Shown piece after piece: positions 28,349 to 47,019 of a DNA stretch of 64,000 nucleotides. The notes under the pieces were generated by a model. The model was not told where the DNA came from. It searched no databases and saw only the letters and a list, made by a program, of their open reading frames with translations. Numbering within the stretch: the first letter of the stretch is position 1; every line of letters starts with the position of its first letter. The position numbers were made by a program, and so were the translations under genes. Where the stretch lies: the NCBI RefSeq assembly GCF_009914755.1, contig NC_060927.1; one strand, given 5' to 3'. The stretch is from the human T2T-CHM13v2.0 reference genome, Homo sapiens.

Positions 28349-29199
28349 CAGAGTCTCCTTTTTACTAACGGTGTACAACATAAAATTCAAACTCTAACAT
28401 GGTTTTACATCTGGCCCCTACCTACCTTTTGCCTCTCCTTCTTTGTCACATACTCCACCTGTTCCCATGCACTTTAGACTCAAGTAATGAAAAACAGCTT
28501 GTATTGCTAGGAACAGGCCGCATTCTTTCATGGTCTGACTTTATACACACTCTCTTGTGGCAACCTAGAACACCTGTCTATAGGCTCTCTTACATCAGGC
28601 CATACCCTTTCTGTGAAATTTTTAATCTGTAATATTCTACTGAAACTTTACCTCTCTGAAGCCTTCCCTAATCTCCTCAGGCTTTTCCATTGTTCATATT
28701 CTGTCTTGTAACAGTTATCACATTGTTAAAGTCGTTCCCCAGTAAACTATGAGACCCTTAACTGTGGAAGGGAAGGCATCTTTTTAACCTTTGTTTTTGT
28801 GCCATACTTAGCCTAGAGCCTGACATTAAGCAGGTACTTCTCAAAAAAAAAAAAAAAAAACACAGGGTAGAGACAGATAACAAGGGATTCCTGACACCTA
28901 CGCTGTAGATAGCTATAACATTTCAATAGGAATCTTGGGAATCTGGGGAACTGGAAGCAGCTGGGAAAGCACCGGCATCTGAGCCACTCAGTACTCTTCC
29001 AGGCTTGTGTGTGAGCCTTGCCACCTTCAGGTATTAGCACTTGAAATCTAACTTCTTTATGAAGCTCCTTATTTACTTGCCTTCTCGGTGAAAAAAAAAA
29101 ACAACAACAAAAACCGTTTCCTTCCCCATCTGGTGCCAGCACTGTATAATTCCTAATAAGCTTGAAAAGATAATGTTGGCAATACTTTACAAGTTTATT

Positions 29200-29670
29200 G
29201 CTAATGTTTAACATTTATTAGGTGCTTGCTGTGTGCTGATCTCTGTGCTTACATATTTTTCATATATCACTTCATCTATCTTCACAACAGTCCAGTGAAG
29301 TAGATGCCATTATTATCCCAATTTCACAAATGGGAAAAATGAGATTCATTGAGATAAATTAAACTACCCAAGGCCATACAACTATAGACTAAGGGGGCCA
29401 AAATTTGAATCTAGTGTAGATTCAAATTAGAGCTCATTCTCTTATTCACTACTGGGGAATATTGCCTGGCCATAACTGAAGTCCAAATAACAGCATGGTT
29501 ATAATATGGGCTTTAAAATAATCTAGACCTGGATTCAAAATCCATTTATTGGAGGCAAGTGACTTCACTTCTGATCTTCAGTTTTCTCATATGTAAAATG
29601 ATAATATCTACCTCAAAAGTGTTACTGCCCACCCATGTACATGGTACATACTAAAAAAGCAAATGTTAGT
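29200..29670. mobile_element. Two MIR remnants in opposite orientation (about 29200-29450 and 29490-29670)
   Basis: attattatcccaatttcacaaatgggaaaaatgagattc; cttcagttttctcatatgtaaaatgataatatctacctc. Confidence 0.7.
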
Positions 29671-30867
29671 TCCATTTGCCACTTCTACACTTTATGTGAA
29701 CCCTGGGGGTAATGGTTTGTACAGAATAAGGCCTGGCATGAGAAGACAAAAACCATCTGACAAATAAAAAAGCTGTCATTCTGTCTACCAGAATGTCAAC
29801 CAGTGCCTGCCTTCCAGGATCAACAAGTGTTTTATTACCATAATCACATTTATTCTCTTAATGAAAAGGGTGTGTCTTGAGTATTTAATAGTTAATTACC
29901 CATAAATATACTACAGTAGAATAAGGAATAAAACCAGTGATCTGTCTACTATAGTAACTAGGTTTCTTTCTTGGTAATACTTAGGGAACATATGAGGGTT
30001 CCCTGTGGGTTGTTATTTATTATATAAAATAGTTGCTCTGGTAGTTCCATAATAGAGACCTGTCAGTGCCATTCAGCAGAGAAAAATCATAAACACAGCT
30101 GCTGTTTTTGTGTGGCTTGTGGTTTTGGTTTTGTTTTCATTTGAACTTTTTTATGCAGGCATGTCATCATTTAAAAGTAGTCATTTGGCGTTTTCCCTTG
30201 CATTCTTCAGATTTTTTGTAGGCTTAAAAAAATTTAAGTCACTTCTATAATTGTTCATACAGATTGATCCATCTGGTCTTTTTACTAGCCAATGAAATTT
30301 TTGACATGTAGGAAAAAGGACAATTATTTTAAATTCTATAATTTCAGTGGATCTCTTTTATAAGTTTGAAGAAAAATAGTTTCAACTATCAAAAAATATT
30401 TTTCTTATATTCTTCATTGTTTCCTGTTAATTTCTGTATTTTCGTGGGGGCTAAAAAGGCTAATAATTTCTGCTATTCCTACTCTTCACATCCTTTGTGT
30501 GTTATAACTCTGAAGCATACCATAATTATTTGTTTGCAACCAAGAATTGGTACAGCATAAATGTCTAATCAAATTAGGCCCTCTTGCTCTCTTTAAGTCA
30601 CACTGGCTATGAGGTGGAGGTGGATTATAGGGGGCAGGCATCAATTCAGGGAGACCATTTAGGCCTTTGCAGTGGTCCAGACAAGAAATATTGATGGCCG
30701 GCCCAAGGTACTAAGAGTGGTATTTGAAGAATGTAGACAGAATAAAGAGAGAATTAACGAAGCTTGTTGATGGGTTAGATGTTGATTGGTGTGAGATGGA
30801 GAGAGGAGTCAGGGATGGCAGGTTTCCTCTCTTCTTTCTTGTTGTGTTTGTTCAACTCTTGCTTATC

Positions 30868-31166
<299 letters not shown>

Positions 31167-32579
31167 ACTTATCTTTAAAGGATTAAGTTTATGTTTCCTA
31201 CTATGGGAAACCATCCCACCCCAAACTTGATGACCGCATTATGTGCTTTTATAGAACCTGGCACTTCTCCAGGATAGCATTTATTCTGTTTTGTAAGTGT
31301 GAATGTAATTACCCTACACACAGCATACACATAATCTTCATATTCTTTGCCTTGTCTTGTGAAGGCAAGGGCCATGTCTATCTTATTCGTCATTAGATTC
31401 CCACATCCAACATAGTCCTGGGGACAGCACCAATGCACTTTTGGTGCATAAGCAAATAGTGTCATTTATAGCTCTTACCTACAATATCTGATAGACTAAT
31501 CAAATATAGTAGGTTATCTGGGCCTTTTTGATTCATGTCTCTAGCTTAACTTTCATTTTTTTCTTATTTGGTATCTCTCACTTTGCCTTTTGATATACTC
31601 TTACAGTTTCGCTCACTGAGTAAAAGAAAATATAAACAGCAAGAAGTAAACTTGTGTTTTATGGATTTTGATAACATCTTCTAAAAGACCCCCCAAGATT
31701 GTTGATGTCTAAAAAAATTAAGGGCCTTCAACTCATAATAATACTTAATAGTTCTTAAAATATTACAAACTGATTGGAACATTGCACTAACAGAGAGAGT
31801 CATGGATCTTATTTATGTGTAGATTCATTTCAGTCAGAAGTATTAGGACTGGTTTATTTGAGAAAGTAAATAGATCATTACAAATTCATCGTCATACTTC
31901 AAGGAAAATTCATTGATGACACTTTCTAATATTGTGACTATATACCTAAATCATACTTTAAGAACAGAATGTCTAAGATATCACCTAGATAAGAATCAAT
32001 ACAAAAAGAAAAAGGAAAATTACAAAGATTGATTTAAGAAAGACAAAAGACTAAGCCATAAAATTTCTCATTATTACAGGTTGAGGGCAGGGAGTGAAAA
32101 AGGAAAAGGATTTGACTTCTCTAGGCATGGTTTTACTTATTTTAAAATAAGAGCAGTGGACCCATGATCTGAAAGATTGTTTCTGGCCTAAATTCTGTTT
32201 TTCCGTAAGATAGAAGAGAATGATAAAGGTGATATGCAATGGGAATTTTGGGTTGAATTGCAACTTACTTTTCATTCTTCCCATAGCCTCATCTCTGTCT
32301 TGATGAAACCTTAGAGAATCCACTCAAATATAGTGTTTTCTTAAATGACTTTATTAAATTTAATTAAATACAAATGGTTTTTCTAATCTCTGCTGAAATA
32401 AATTCTTTGTAGCCTAATTTAGAGCAACAGTCTAGATTAGAATACTTAAGATGAATTATTACTACTTAGCCTAATCAAGTCAAACTATGGAAAATGAGTT
32501 TTTACATTTTAGCAGTGTTATAAATGTATTCTTCTGTAGTTGTGTCTCTTTTAACATATGTTTTCCTTCTTTGATTTAG

Positions 32580-33039
<460 letters not shown>

Positions 33040-33314
33040 TAACCATAAAGCTTAACTGTTGTCCCTTTCTAAAATATTTCTGTCTAAACCAATACCTTCG
33101 TAATCTTAAATAGCTTTCTAAATAAAAATCATAAATCTAAAGTATGTTTTACTATCGAACTATGGAACTATTTTTAACACCTTGATATTATTCCATAAGG
33201 TTTTATTTAAGAAATGTCATTTGTGGGATGACTTAGATTTGTTATATCTCAGTGTTGTTATTCTTTTAAAAATGATTGATAGGAATGTTTGCTGCCTTTG
33301 CTCTAAATTGCTGA

Positions 33315-33752
<438 letters not shown>

Positions 33753-35103
33753 TAATCATTACTATAGTGCAGTCTTCTACCTGTGTCTATATCTTTGTAT
33801 AGTCTTTTTTTTTTTTTCCAGCTAGATAGTAAGCTTCTTGAAGGCAGGGACTGCTTATACTGACAAGATATAGTTGAGTGCTAAATAGAAATTATGTACA
33901 ATCAATATTTATTGGTTGAATTTTTGTGTGAATATGATACTGATTTCTTGGTAAATTGTCTATAAAACGGAAGAAGTATGAGTTTGAAATTTACTATTTT
34001 TTAGGATTCAGAATTAGAGCTGATTATCTTTTCATAAATAAAAACTATAAATAGAAACATTTTATGAAATTTTGGGAAAACTTTATACATTCTTGTTATT
34101 ATATATCATAAATACACCAGAAAAAAATAAGTAATTTTCTTAAGTATTAAATGCAGTAATTCTGATCATGGGTGATAATATATAGGGAGATTTTTGATAT
34201 TTAATATATTAGTTTCTAGAATTAAGGGAACAAGAAACTAAACTATATTGTTTTCAAAATGCATGTCATTGTATCAGATAAATATCTATATTTTTCAGGG
34301 TAACAGTAAAATTATCAATTTGAGTTAACTCTCACACACTATTAAATATCAAATTCTGTTAGTAGAATAAGTTAAGACATCTTATTACTATTCGTATTTT
34401 TCAAAGTAGTTTAATGCAACATAAGATCTTTCAAAATTCTTTTCTATTCTAGCATATATTTTAATGCTCTTTTCATTTTCCCGAACATTCTTTGTGAAAA
34501 ATTTTCAACATATAGACAACTTGAAAGAAATGTACTGTGAACAACCAAACCTCTCTAAATAGTTTGTCTTCCCGTTTTCTTCATCTTTCTCTTTTCTTCT
34601 TTTTTGGACTCCTGGCTTAATCTTAAAAGGAGAAAATTAGACAATGCATTTCCTCTCCCCTCGTAATTTTCTTACCTTTCCTCCCTCACATTTTCTGTCA
34701 TTCTAATTGAACATCTTTAAACCTCCATTGGTTCTTTCTTTACTTCCCATAGTTACCAAAAACTTCCACCTTAGGCACTGTCAAACCTTTGAGACCATCA
34801 TGAATCACTATTCATAGGGGCAGTACCCATGAAGTATGTCATACAGTTTAGAATGGAAATTAGCTTGGTCTCAGGTACTTGTGACCCACATATCACAGTT
34901 TTGTGTGCTTGTCATAAAACATGAGATTTGGGAATGATCTGGCAGCCCGCTCAGATATAAACATTTTCTGTTTCTACCTGATATTTACCTAGTTTTAATT
35001 GGGCTGATTAAAAAGCATTTCTGATATGGATAAAGTAATGATAGTGAATACTTGTTGAAATTTCTCCCTTGAAAAATGAAAGAGAGATGGTGATTGCATC
35101 TAA

Positions 35104-35400
<297 letters not shown>

Positions 35401-35408
35401 TAATTTAA

Positions 35409-35735
<327 letters not shown>

Positions 35736-35867
35736 AAGTATCTATTTTTAGGATATACTTCTTGATAAGTAATATTAGTAAATAGCGTTTGTAAGCTTAT
35801 TCTTTTAATTCTGTGATTAATTCGAGAGGCTGAAAATGTTGGCAGTTACTCCAGCTCCCAAATATAG

Positions 35868-36206
<339 letters not shown>

Positions 36207-36708
36207 TGATTTTTATCCCCTCCAACCAGTGGCTGTGGAATGGAATTGAAATAGACATTTCAAAAAATCCATGACCTACTGTTAAGATATACTATTGATA
36301 CTTTCCTACTCTCTTTTTCTGTTTATTAAATAAATACCTATAAGAAGCAACTACGTTTGTGCCAAGCATATGTCGAGTACTAATTTACATAACCAAGTAA
36401 AACCTGGGCCTGGCCTTCAGGTTGCTTATTTTCTAGTGGGGCTTATGGGTAAGAAAATAATGTGTATATAGTAACATTTATATTAAAAATCTCGTCTTAA
36501 CTACCATTTCAAAATTCAGACCAGTATATTTTAACATTTTTTGTAAATATCCATAATGTTACTGGTCTCCACTATTTGTGGTTTTTTGTTTTAATTTTAG
36601 CAAAACTAATGTTTCTCAGGAAATGTTTGGACAAAAAAGCAAGTGAACAGCAGCCTTTGGATGGGACATCAGTATGACTTAATAGATTGAATGACAGAGG
36701 CGTCCTAA

Positions 36709-37070
<362 letters not shown>

Positions 37071-37374
37071 GTGATCCTTGTTTTTAATTCCTTTTTTTGC
37101 CTCCAGTTAAGGGTAGAACTACAGTTTCAAAAGTTGACCTTAATTTTTTTCTTTCGTGCAATTTATATTCAGAAGTGTTTGATTGATCTTGTGCTTCAAC
37201 GTAAATCCTAAATGTTAGTATTTTCAATGTTATAGGAACTACTAGTAAATGTGGTCTATAATGTTTAATTTTTTATCACCTTTGCAGATTAATATGTAGT
37301 CATAATACTCTGACATGTTACTTTTAAAATGAAAAACCTTACAGGAAATGGCTCGCCCCCTTAATCTCTTACAG

Positions 37375-37620
37375 TATATAAGAAGCTGTATAATGCTTGG
37401 GAGGATGCCCAATTTGATGTTGATGGCTAAAGAAAGCCTTTATTCTCAACTGCCAATGGACTGTTTTACAATGCCATCTTATTCCAGACGCATTTCCACA
37501 GCTACACCATATATGAATGGAGAAACATCTACAAAATCCCTTTGGGTTATAAATAGTGCACTCAGAATAAAAATTCTTTGTGCAACCTACGTGAATGTAA
37601 ATATTCGAGACATTGATAAG
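37375..37620 (+). CDS. PIK3CA: exon 5, aa 272-353 (RBD end, linker, C2 start; N345 at 37594)
   Basis: cttacAG| acceptor, [14 protein letters not shown]...[10 protein letters not shown], donor AAG|GTAAAG; 246 nt. Confidence 0.98.
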
Positions 37621-38333
37621 GTAAAGTCAAATGCTGATGCTTATTATTTTATAGAAATTATTTTAGATAACCTTTTTCTTGCACTATACAGTAATCTGTT
37701 GACCTGTAGTATGTTTTCAGATGGTTAGGAGAACATCCAAATCTCCGAATGTAAAAATATATCAAGAATTTTACTTGAGCTTCCATCTACCTTAGCTATT
37801 ATACAGCTCACAGTCCTTTGTTAATAATTCTAATATTCACAATTCTAGCTCTTAAAATCAAAAGTTTTACAGAATTCGTTTGGCAGAAAGACCTGGGCCA
37901 ACCTTAAGTGAGGGTTTTTATAATCTTTATTAACCCCACTTAGTATAAAATTCCGGTATCTTATTAAAGAAATATTAATGTCTTTATGAGGTACTGCTTC
38001 ACCAGCTAAGGAAGTAGTATTTAGTAAGTACGTGTACCAATTTAGCTTTCTAAAATATGGAAAAACTCTGAATTACATACCTCCCTTAAGGGGATTGTGG
38101 GCCTATATTTATGTTTTAGTAGTCTGATGTCTCCATTGTTATTAGTGGATGAAGGCAGCAACTAATTTTGGTGAAGACTCTACATCAGTATTAACGTGTT
38201 ACATATGTGAAAAAAAGGAGAACCAAGCTATATCTGAACAAAAATTCCGTGGTTTTATATTTGAGTCTATCGAGTGTGTGCATATGTGTATGTTGAGTGT
38301 ATACATTAGTATATACCTACTTTTTTCTTTTAG

Positions 38334-38419
38334 ATCTATGTTCGAACAGGTATCTACCATGGAGGAGAACCCTTATGTGACAATGTGAACACTCAAAGAG
38401 TACCTTGTTCCAATCCCAG
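38334..38419 (+). CDS. PIK3CA: exon 6, aa 354-382 (C2)
   Basis: IYVRTGIYHGGEPLCDNVNTQRVPCSNPR; strong polypyrimidine tract, donor CAG|GTAAGG; 86 nt. Confidence 0.98.
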
Positions 38420-38500
38420 GTAAGGAAGTATATAGATTTATATTTCCAAAGGTTATATTAGTGTTTAGCAGTATGATCCATAAAAGTAGTATATTTTTTT

Positions 38501-39050
<550 letters not shown>

Positions 39051-39918
39051 ATTTTACATCATTAGCTTTATACAAGCTATATATTAATAAATTACCAGAA
39101 ATGTACATATAGACCAGCAAGACTTTCTGTCAAATGAGTATCAGTCACAGGATTATTTTATTGATTCTGTCTAAAGTTTTATCAGAATAGTTTCTGATTG
39201 TCTCTTTTCATTGTATCAAAGAGAGAACAGAGTATGGTTATAATTTTATGCTAATCATTCCCCACATTAGATTAAAAACCTAGCATTTTATTCTTTTCCT
39301 GTCTCCATCATCATTCACATGAAGGAGAAGTAAGAGTTGGCAAGCAACTCCATAACCAAACTACCCTGAGGCAGTTTCCTTCAAATCACTCCCAAGAATA
39401 GATATTTATGGCTTTCAAATAAAGGGTCTTTGGTAGCAAATTAATTTGTTAGTGGGAGAGGGAGTTATGGGGAACATTTTAAATTATTACTGCCTGGATG
39501 TGATGAAGAAATAAAAAGTAGTATAATCCAATAGCTGACTATCCTGCATTTCTTTGCTTCTCTCTATACAGTCATTTGGGAATAAGAGTACCCCTGAACG
39601 TAATAGCAGTAATATTTCAAGAGAACTCAAATTGTTATTGGACTTTATGATAAAATAACAATAGAGCTAACTAGTGACTCCTCCAGAAGTAAATCTCATA
39701 ATGAATTTAGACTGAGTTCTAAGACATTCAAGAAAAAGTTCTGGTCTTGTTGCTAAAGATGGCCACCCTTTTAGAGCCTAGGTAAGGTTAAAAGAGATGG
39801 TAGCCTTGTCTGCCACAGGGAAGGAAGATAGTTCCTCAGCCTACCTAAACCACTGTAGGTCAGAAAACGTATCATTCAGGTCAGAAATGAGATTGTGACA
39901 ACAAACAACTTCAGGATC

Positions 39919-40190
39919 TTTTTTTTTTTTTTTTTTTTTTTGAGTTGAAGTCTCACCCTGTGGCCCAGGCTGGAGTACAGTCAAGTGTAAGCGATTCTCC
40001 TGCCTCAGCCTCCCTAGTAGCTGGGACTACAGGCACATGCCACTGCGCCCAGCTTATTTTTTGTATTTTCAGTAGAGGGGGGTTTCACCATGTTGGCCAG
40101 GCTGGTCTTGAACTTCTGACCTCAGGTGATCCCACCCACCTTGGCCTCCCAAAGTGCTGGGATTACAGGCCTGAGCCATCATGCCCGGCC
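39919..40190 (-). mobile_element. AluSx-like with internal deletion
   Basis: poly-T, TSD aggatcttttt. Confidence 0.92.
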
Positions 40191-40442
40191 AGGATCTTTT
40201 TAAATTCTTGCTAAAACAAGAGTTTATATCCCACTCATACTGGTATGCCTCACACTGATTAGTGGGGTGGTTGTAGCAGGAAAAGAAAAACAACATTTGA
40301 GGAAATAATAGCCAGAATTTTTCCAAATTTGGTAAAAACTATAAACCCGTCAATCCAAGGAGTTCAACAAGCCCCAAGCAAAGACCCCAAAATAATACTG
40401 GATAGAATTATCCTAGCTAGCTGTTTCAAGTACCACAAGTTA

Positions 40443-40766
<324 letters not shown>

Positions 40767-41366
40767 GTAAAAGATAAACTTATTTAATAATATATGATTA
40801 AAATGTTGAAATGTTAGTAAAATAGCTATTTAGAAAGGACTATATTTGTCTTTAAGCATTCTGTAGTCTAAAAGGTGAAGTATTTATGGTAGTGTGAAAA
40901 TTTAAGTAAACTTTTTAAACTTTTCTGTGCTTACAAAAACAAAAATCAGATAAATGAATATGAAGTTATTAAAAAGATAGAAAAGTAGATTTTAAAAATT
41001 CTTACTAAATATTTGTTTCAAATCTGTGCTTCTTTTATGCTAAATTAGATGCTTTATGATTTCTTTGTAAATGTTACAAGTATCTCCCAAAATCAGAGTC
41101 AATTTGGACTGTATACACACACACAACCATTTTCTAGAAATAAAGAACTTAATTGAGCATGTGTATATGTGTGTGTGTCTGTGTGTTGTGGGATGGATGG
41201 ACTTTAGAAGAAAAGAGAAACATGCTTTATTTTGTTAGCATAGGGCTGAACAAGTAGATTTGTAGGACATAGCTCTCTTAGAGTATAGAACACTTCTTAT
41301 TAATTTATGAGCACTTCTAAAGATTTAGGAATAATAAAAAGTCTGGTACATTAAAGTAATATATCT

Positions 41367-41651
41367 TTAATTTTTCTTTTCTTTTTTTTTTTTTTGGAGG
41401 CGGAGTCTTGCTCTGTCGCCCAGGCTGGAGTGCATGGCACAAACTCGACTCACTGCAACCTCTGCCTCAGCCTCCTGAGTAGCTGGAGTTACAGGCGCCC
41501 ACCACCACGCCCAGCTAATCTTGGCATTTTTAGTAGAGATGGGGTTTTGCCACGTTGGCCAGACTGGCTTCGAACTCCTGACCTCAGGTGATCCGTCCAC
41601 CTTGGCCTCCCAAAGTGCTGGGATTACAGGTGTGAGCCACCATGCCCAGCC
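41367..41651 (-). mobile_element. AluSx-like with internal deletion
   Basis: Reverse dimer lacking the ccgggttcaagcgattctcctg segment. Confidence 0.92.
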
Positions 41652-41726
41652 TAATTTTTTTTAAATCATTGCGGACTTAAGTCCCATAATATTTTTCTCT
41701 ATATGTTTCTACAATTATATGTGTTA

Positions 41727-41912
41727 CTGGGCATGGTAGTATGCGCCTGAAATCCCAGCAACTCAGGAGGCTAAGGGAGGCTGAGGCAAGAGGATCACTT
41801 GAGCCCAGGAGTTCGAAGCTATAATGCACTTTGGTCATGCCTGTGACTAGCCACTGCACTTCAGCCTGGGCACATAGCAATACCCTATCTCTAAAAAATA
41901 ATAATAATAATA
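41727..41912 (+). mobile_element. Alu monomer (FRAM/AluJ right arm) with (TAA)n tail
   Basis: ctgggcatggtagtatgcgcctg...gaggatcacttgagcccaggagttcgaagct. Confidence 0.85.
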
Positions 41913-42799
41913 ACATTTGTTTTTTCTTTTACCTTTAGAATTCTTGCCACATTTCCCCATTTTAAATGTGTCTTGTTTCTATAAATAGACCATATTTTTA
42001 AAAATCTTTATCCATACTTGAGCAAAAATGCTAGAATAAATGGAACTTATTTTACTGATGAAGTTTATTACTTAGTTGGCTAATTAAAAATAGAATTGTT
42101 ATACTATTTTATTGTTGATTAAGAATTATTTTATTTATAATCAAGATTAGACCAGAATGATAAGACATTTGAAAAGTTTTTAAAATTACTATCTAACATA
42201 TGAGCTTCTATCATGGGACAATTGCTATTCTAATTCCTTTGCTTGTGTTATCTCATTTAATTTTATGAGATAGTTATCAACCTTATGAGGGTAGGTACTA
42301 TTATTAGTCCCATTTCATAGAGGAGGCAAAAGACAAAGCAAGGGTCACACACTTAGTGAAAAAGGGGAAATAAGATTCTACTCCAGTCTGATTTCTGAGC
42401 CCATACTCTTTATCCATTGTTATAATGTTTTTTTAAAATACAAAACTGTTTATTGTATGTGGTTCTTTACAAATATGTTCACCAAAGACAGACATAATTT
42501 CACATGTAGCACCCAGTAAATTGAGGGAATTTATCATTAAAATTCAAATAATTTTTTATCTTGTTCACTTTTTGTAGCAGTGTTTTATTCTTCCCTTATG
42601 AATGTGAAGTTTCATTACCTTTTATAAAATAATTATTCTTCAATTCAAATACTTTATGTATCCATCATTTTATTTACCTACTGATTTATTTAGTGGATTC
42701 CTTTGGATAAAACTATATTATGTATAAAAGTAACTAAATGTAATCATAATAGGAAATCTTATTTTACCTTTAGTTTTCCTTTTGTTTGACTTTTATGAG

Positions 42800-42890
42800 C
42801 AAAATTATATATATAAATATATAGAAATAATAAATATATATTTATATTATGTATATAGTATATTATATAATATATATTATAAATATAAAT
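42800..42890. repeat. (TA)n-rich low-complexity tract
   Basis: About 90 nt of almost pure A/T, mostly alternating. Confidence 0.9.
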
Positions 42891-42899
42891 AAGTTTTTT

Positions 42900-43568
<669 letters not shown>

Positions 43569-43987
43569 TAAAAACTCCTGATTATACCGCTGATTGAATT
43601 TTTTCACAAATTGGATGTTATTTTATATTTAAGAAAATAATAATAAACCTATTTTTAAAATTTTAATAAATGTATCATGGAAGAATACCTTGGGAGAGCT
43701 TCAGGAATTTATGATGAATATGTTTTGAGTTCTTATTGATACCATTTTTAAAAATGCAAAGTGACTATATAACAGGGATTGCATGCAAATATCTCATGCT
43801 TGCTTTGGTTCATATTTTCTATTTATAATTAAAATACATGTAATTTCAAATGGGGAAAAAGGAAAGAATGGGCTTAAACCTTGAAAAATCAATTTTTTTT
43901 TTTTAGATATTCCCATTATTATAGAGATGATTGTTGAATTTTCCTTTTGGGGAAGAAAAGTGTTTTGAAATGTGTTTTATAATTTAG

Positions 43988-44188
<201 letters not shown>

Positions 44189-44262
44189 TAAATTAGATAT
44201 TTTTTATGGCAGTCAAACCTTCTCTCTTATGTATATATAATAGCTTTTCTTCCATCTCTTAG

Positions 44263-44433
<171 letters not shown>

Positions 44434-45220
44434 TAATCTGTGGATTTAGGTAGATACTTTCTCTATGGAAAAGGATCCATATATTTTACTGGCATAGATA
44501 CTATGAACTCTAGGACCAATATTGCAATAGAATTAAGTTCTCTATATGCTAATATTTTTACTGCACCTCTGCTTTTTTAAAGCCCTAGCTTGCCTTCATT
44601 CATTTAACAAATATTTATTGAATGCCGACTATGTGTAAAGCACTGGGAAAGGCACTAGGTAATAAAGTCATGAACTAAACAGACCTTCATTGAGTATGCA
44701 CTCTAACTGTGAAAACAGACATTAAGCAGATAAAAGCAGAAATATAAGATTACAGTTGACCCTTGAACAACATGGATATGAACTACACTGGTCTACTTAT
44801 ATGTGGATTTTTTTCAATAAATATATTGGAAAATTTTTTGGAGATTTGTGACAATTTGAAAAAAACTTGGAGATAAACTACATTGTCCAGAAGTATCAAA
44901 AAAATTGAAGTTAGGTATGTCATGAATCCATAAAATATGTATAGATACAAGTCTATTTTATCATTTACGACCATAAAATATACACAAATCTATTATAAAA
45001 AGTTAAAATTTATCAAAACATACACACACAAACACAGACCATACATGGTACCACTCATAGTCAAGAGAAATGCAAACATATATAAAGATGCAGTATTAAA
45101 TTGTATCTGCATAAAATTAACTGTAGTACATACTGTACTACTGTAATAATTTCATAGCCACCTCCTGTTGCTATTGTAGTAAGCTCAAGCATTGCATATA
45201 TCCACTTAAAATGCTATGTA

Positions 45221-45521
<301 letters not shown>

Positions 45522-45835
45522 CTATGTAATGCTGATCATCTCTACATGAGTACTTCATCACTTCAGTAAATTGTTTATTGCAGTGAAAAGTGATCTCTCA
45601 CAGTTCTTGGATATTTTTCATCATGTTTAGTGCAATACCGTGAACCCTGAATAACACTATGAGGGCTGTAAGGAGTGCCTCTAGTGATGCTAGAGGTACT
45701 CTCAAGAAGCAGAGAAACGTCATGACGTTACAAGCAAAAGTTGAATTGCTTGATGTGTACCATATATTGAGGTCTGCAGCTGCAGTTGCCCTTATTTCAG
45801 ACAGACAACTAATCTTGTAAACAGACAACATAAAC

Positions 45836-46139
<304 letters not shown>

Positions 46140-46169
46140 AAACTTTTTTTTTTTAATAAGAGATGGGGT

Positions 46170-46467
<298 letters not shown>

Positions 46468-47019
46468 TCACTGTGTTGCCTGGGCTGGTCTCGAACTCCT
46501 GAGCTCAAGTGATCCTCCCTCCCCTACCTCCCAAAGTGCTAGGATTACAGGTGTGAGCCATCATGCCCGGCCAAAAGACAAAATAAATGTATAGTATCAG
46601 TAAATACAGTACAGTACTGTAAATGAATTTTCTCTTCCTTATGATTTTCTTAATAACATTTTATTTTCACTGTCTTACTCTATTGTAAGAATATAATGTA
46701 TAGTACATATACCAAGTAAGTGTTAATCAACTGTTTATATTTCTGTTAAGACTTCCAATCTACAGTAGTCATTTGTAGTTAAGTTTTTGGGGAGTCAAAA
46801 TTTACACATGGATTTTCAGTTGTACAGGAGATCAGTTGCCCCTATCCCCTATATTGTCCAAGGGTCAGCTGTATAAATCACATTAAGTGCCAGGAAGGAA
46901 AAAACAATAGTGAGCTAAGAATAACTAACTGAGGATTTGTGGGGAAAAGGCAAATATATATATATTGGGTTCAGGAAAGACCTCTCTGAGATGATAACCT
47001 TGAAGTTGAGACTGAAGTA

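Noticed and set aside
28813-29214. 133-aa antisense ORF
   Set aside because: Crosses poly-A runs and repeat remnants; no recognisable domain
37356-37374. U12-like branch sequence (cccttaat) close to the exon 5 AG
   Set aside because: The intron 4 donor is GTGAGT (U2 type), not RTATCCTT; no U12 intron seen in the window
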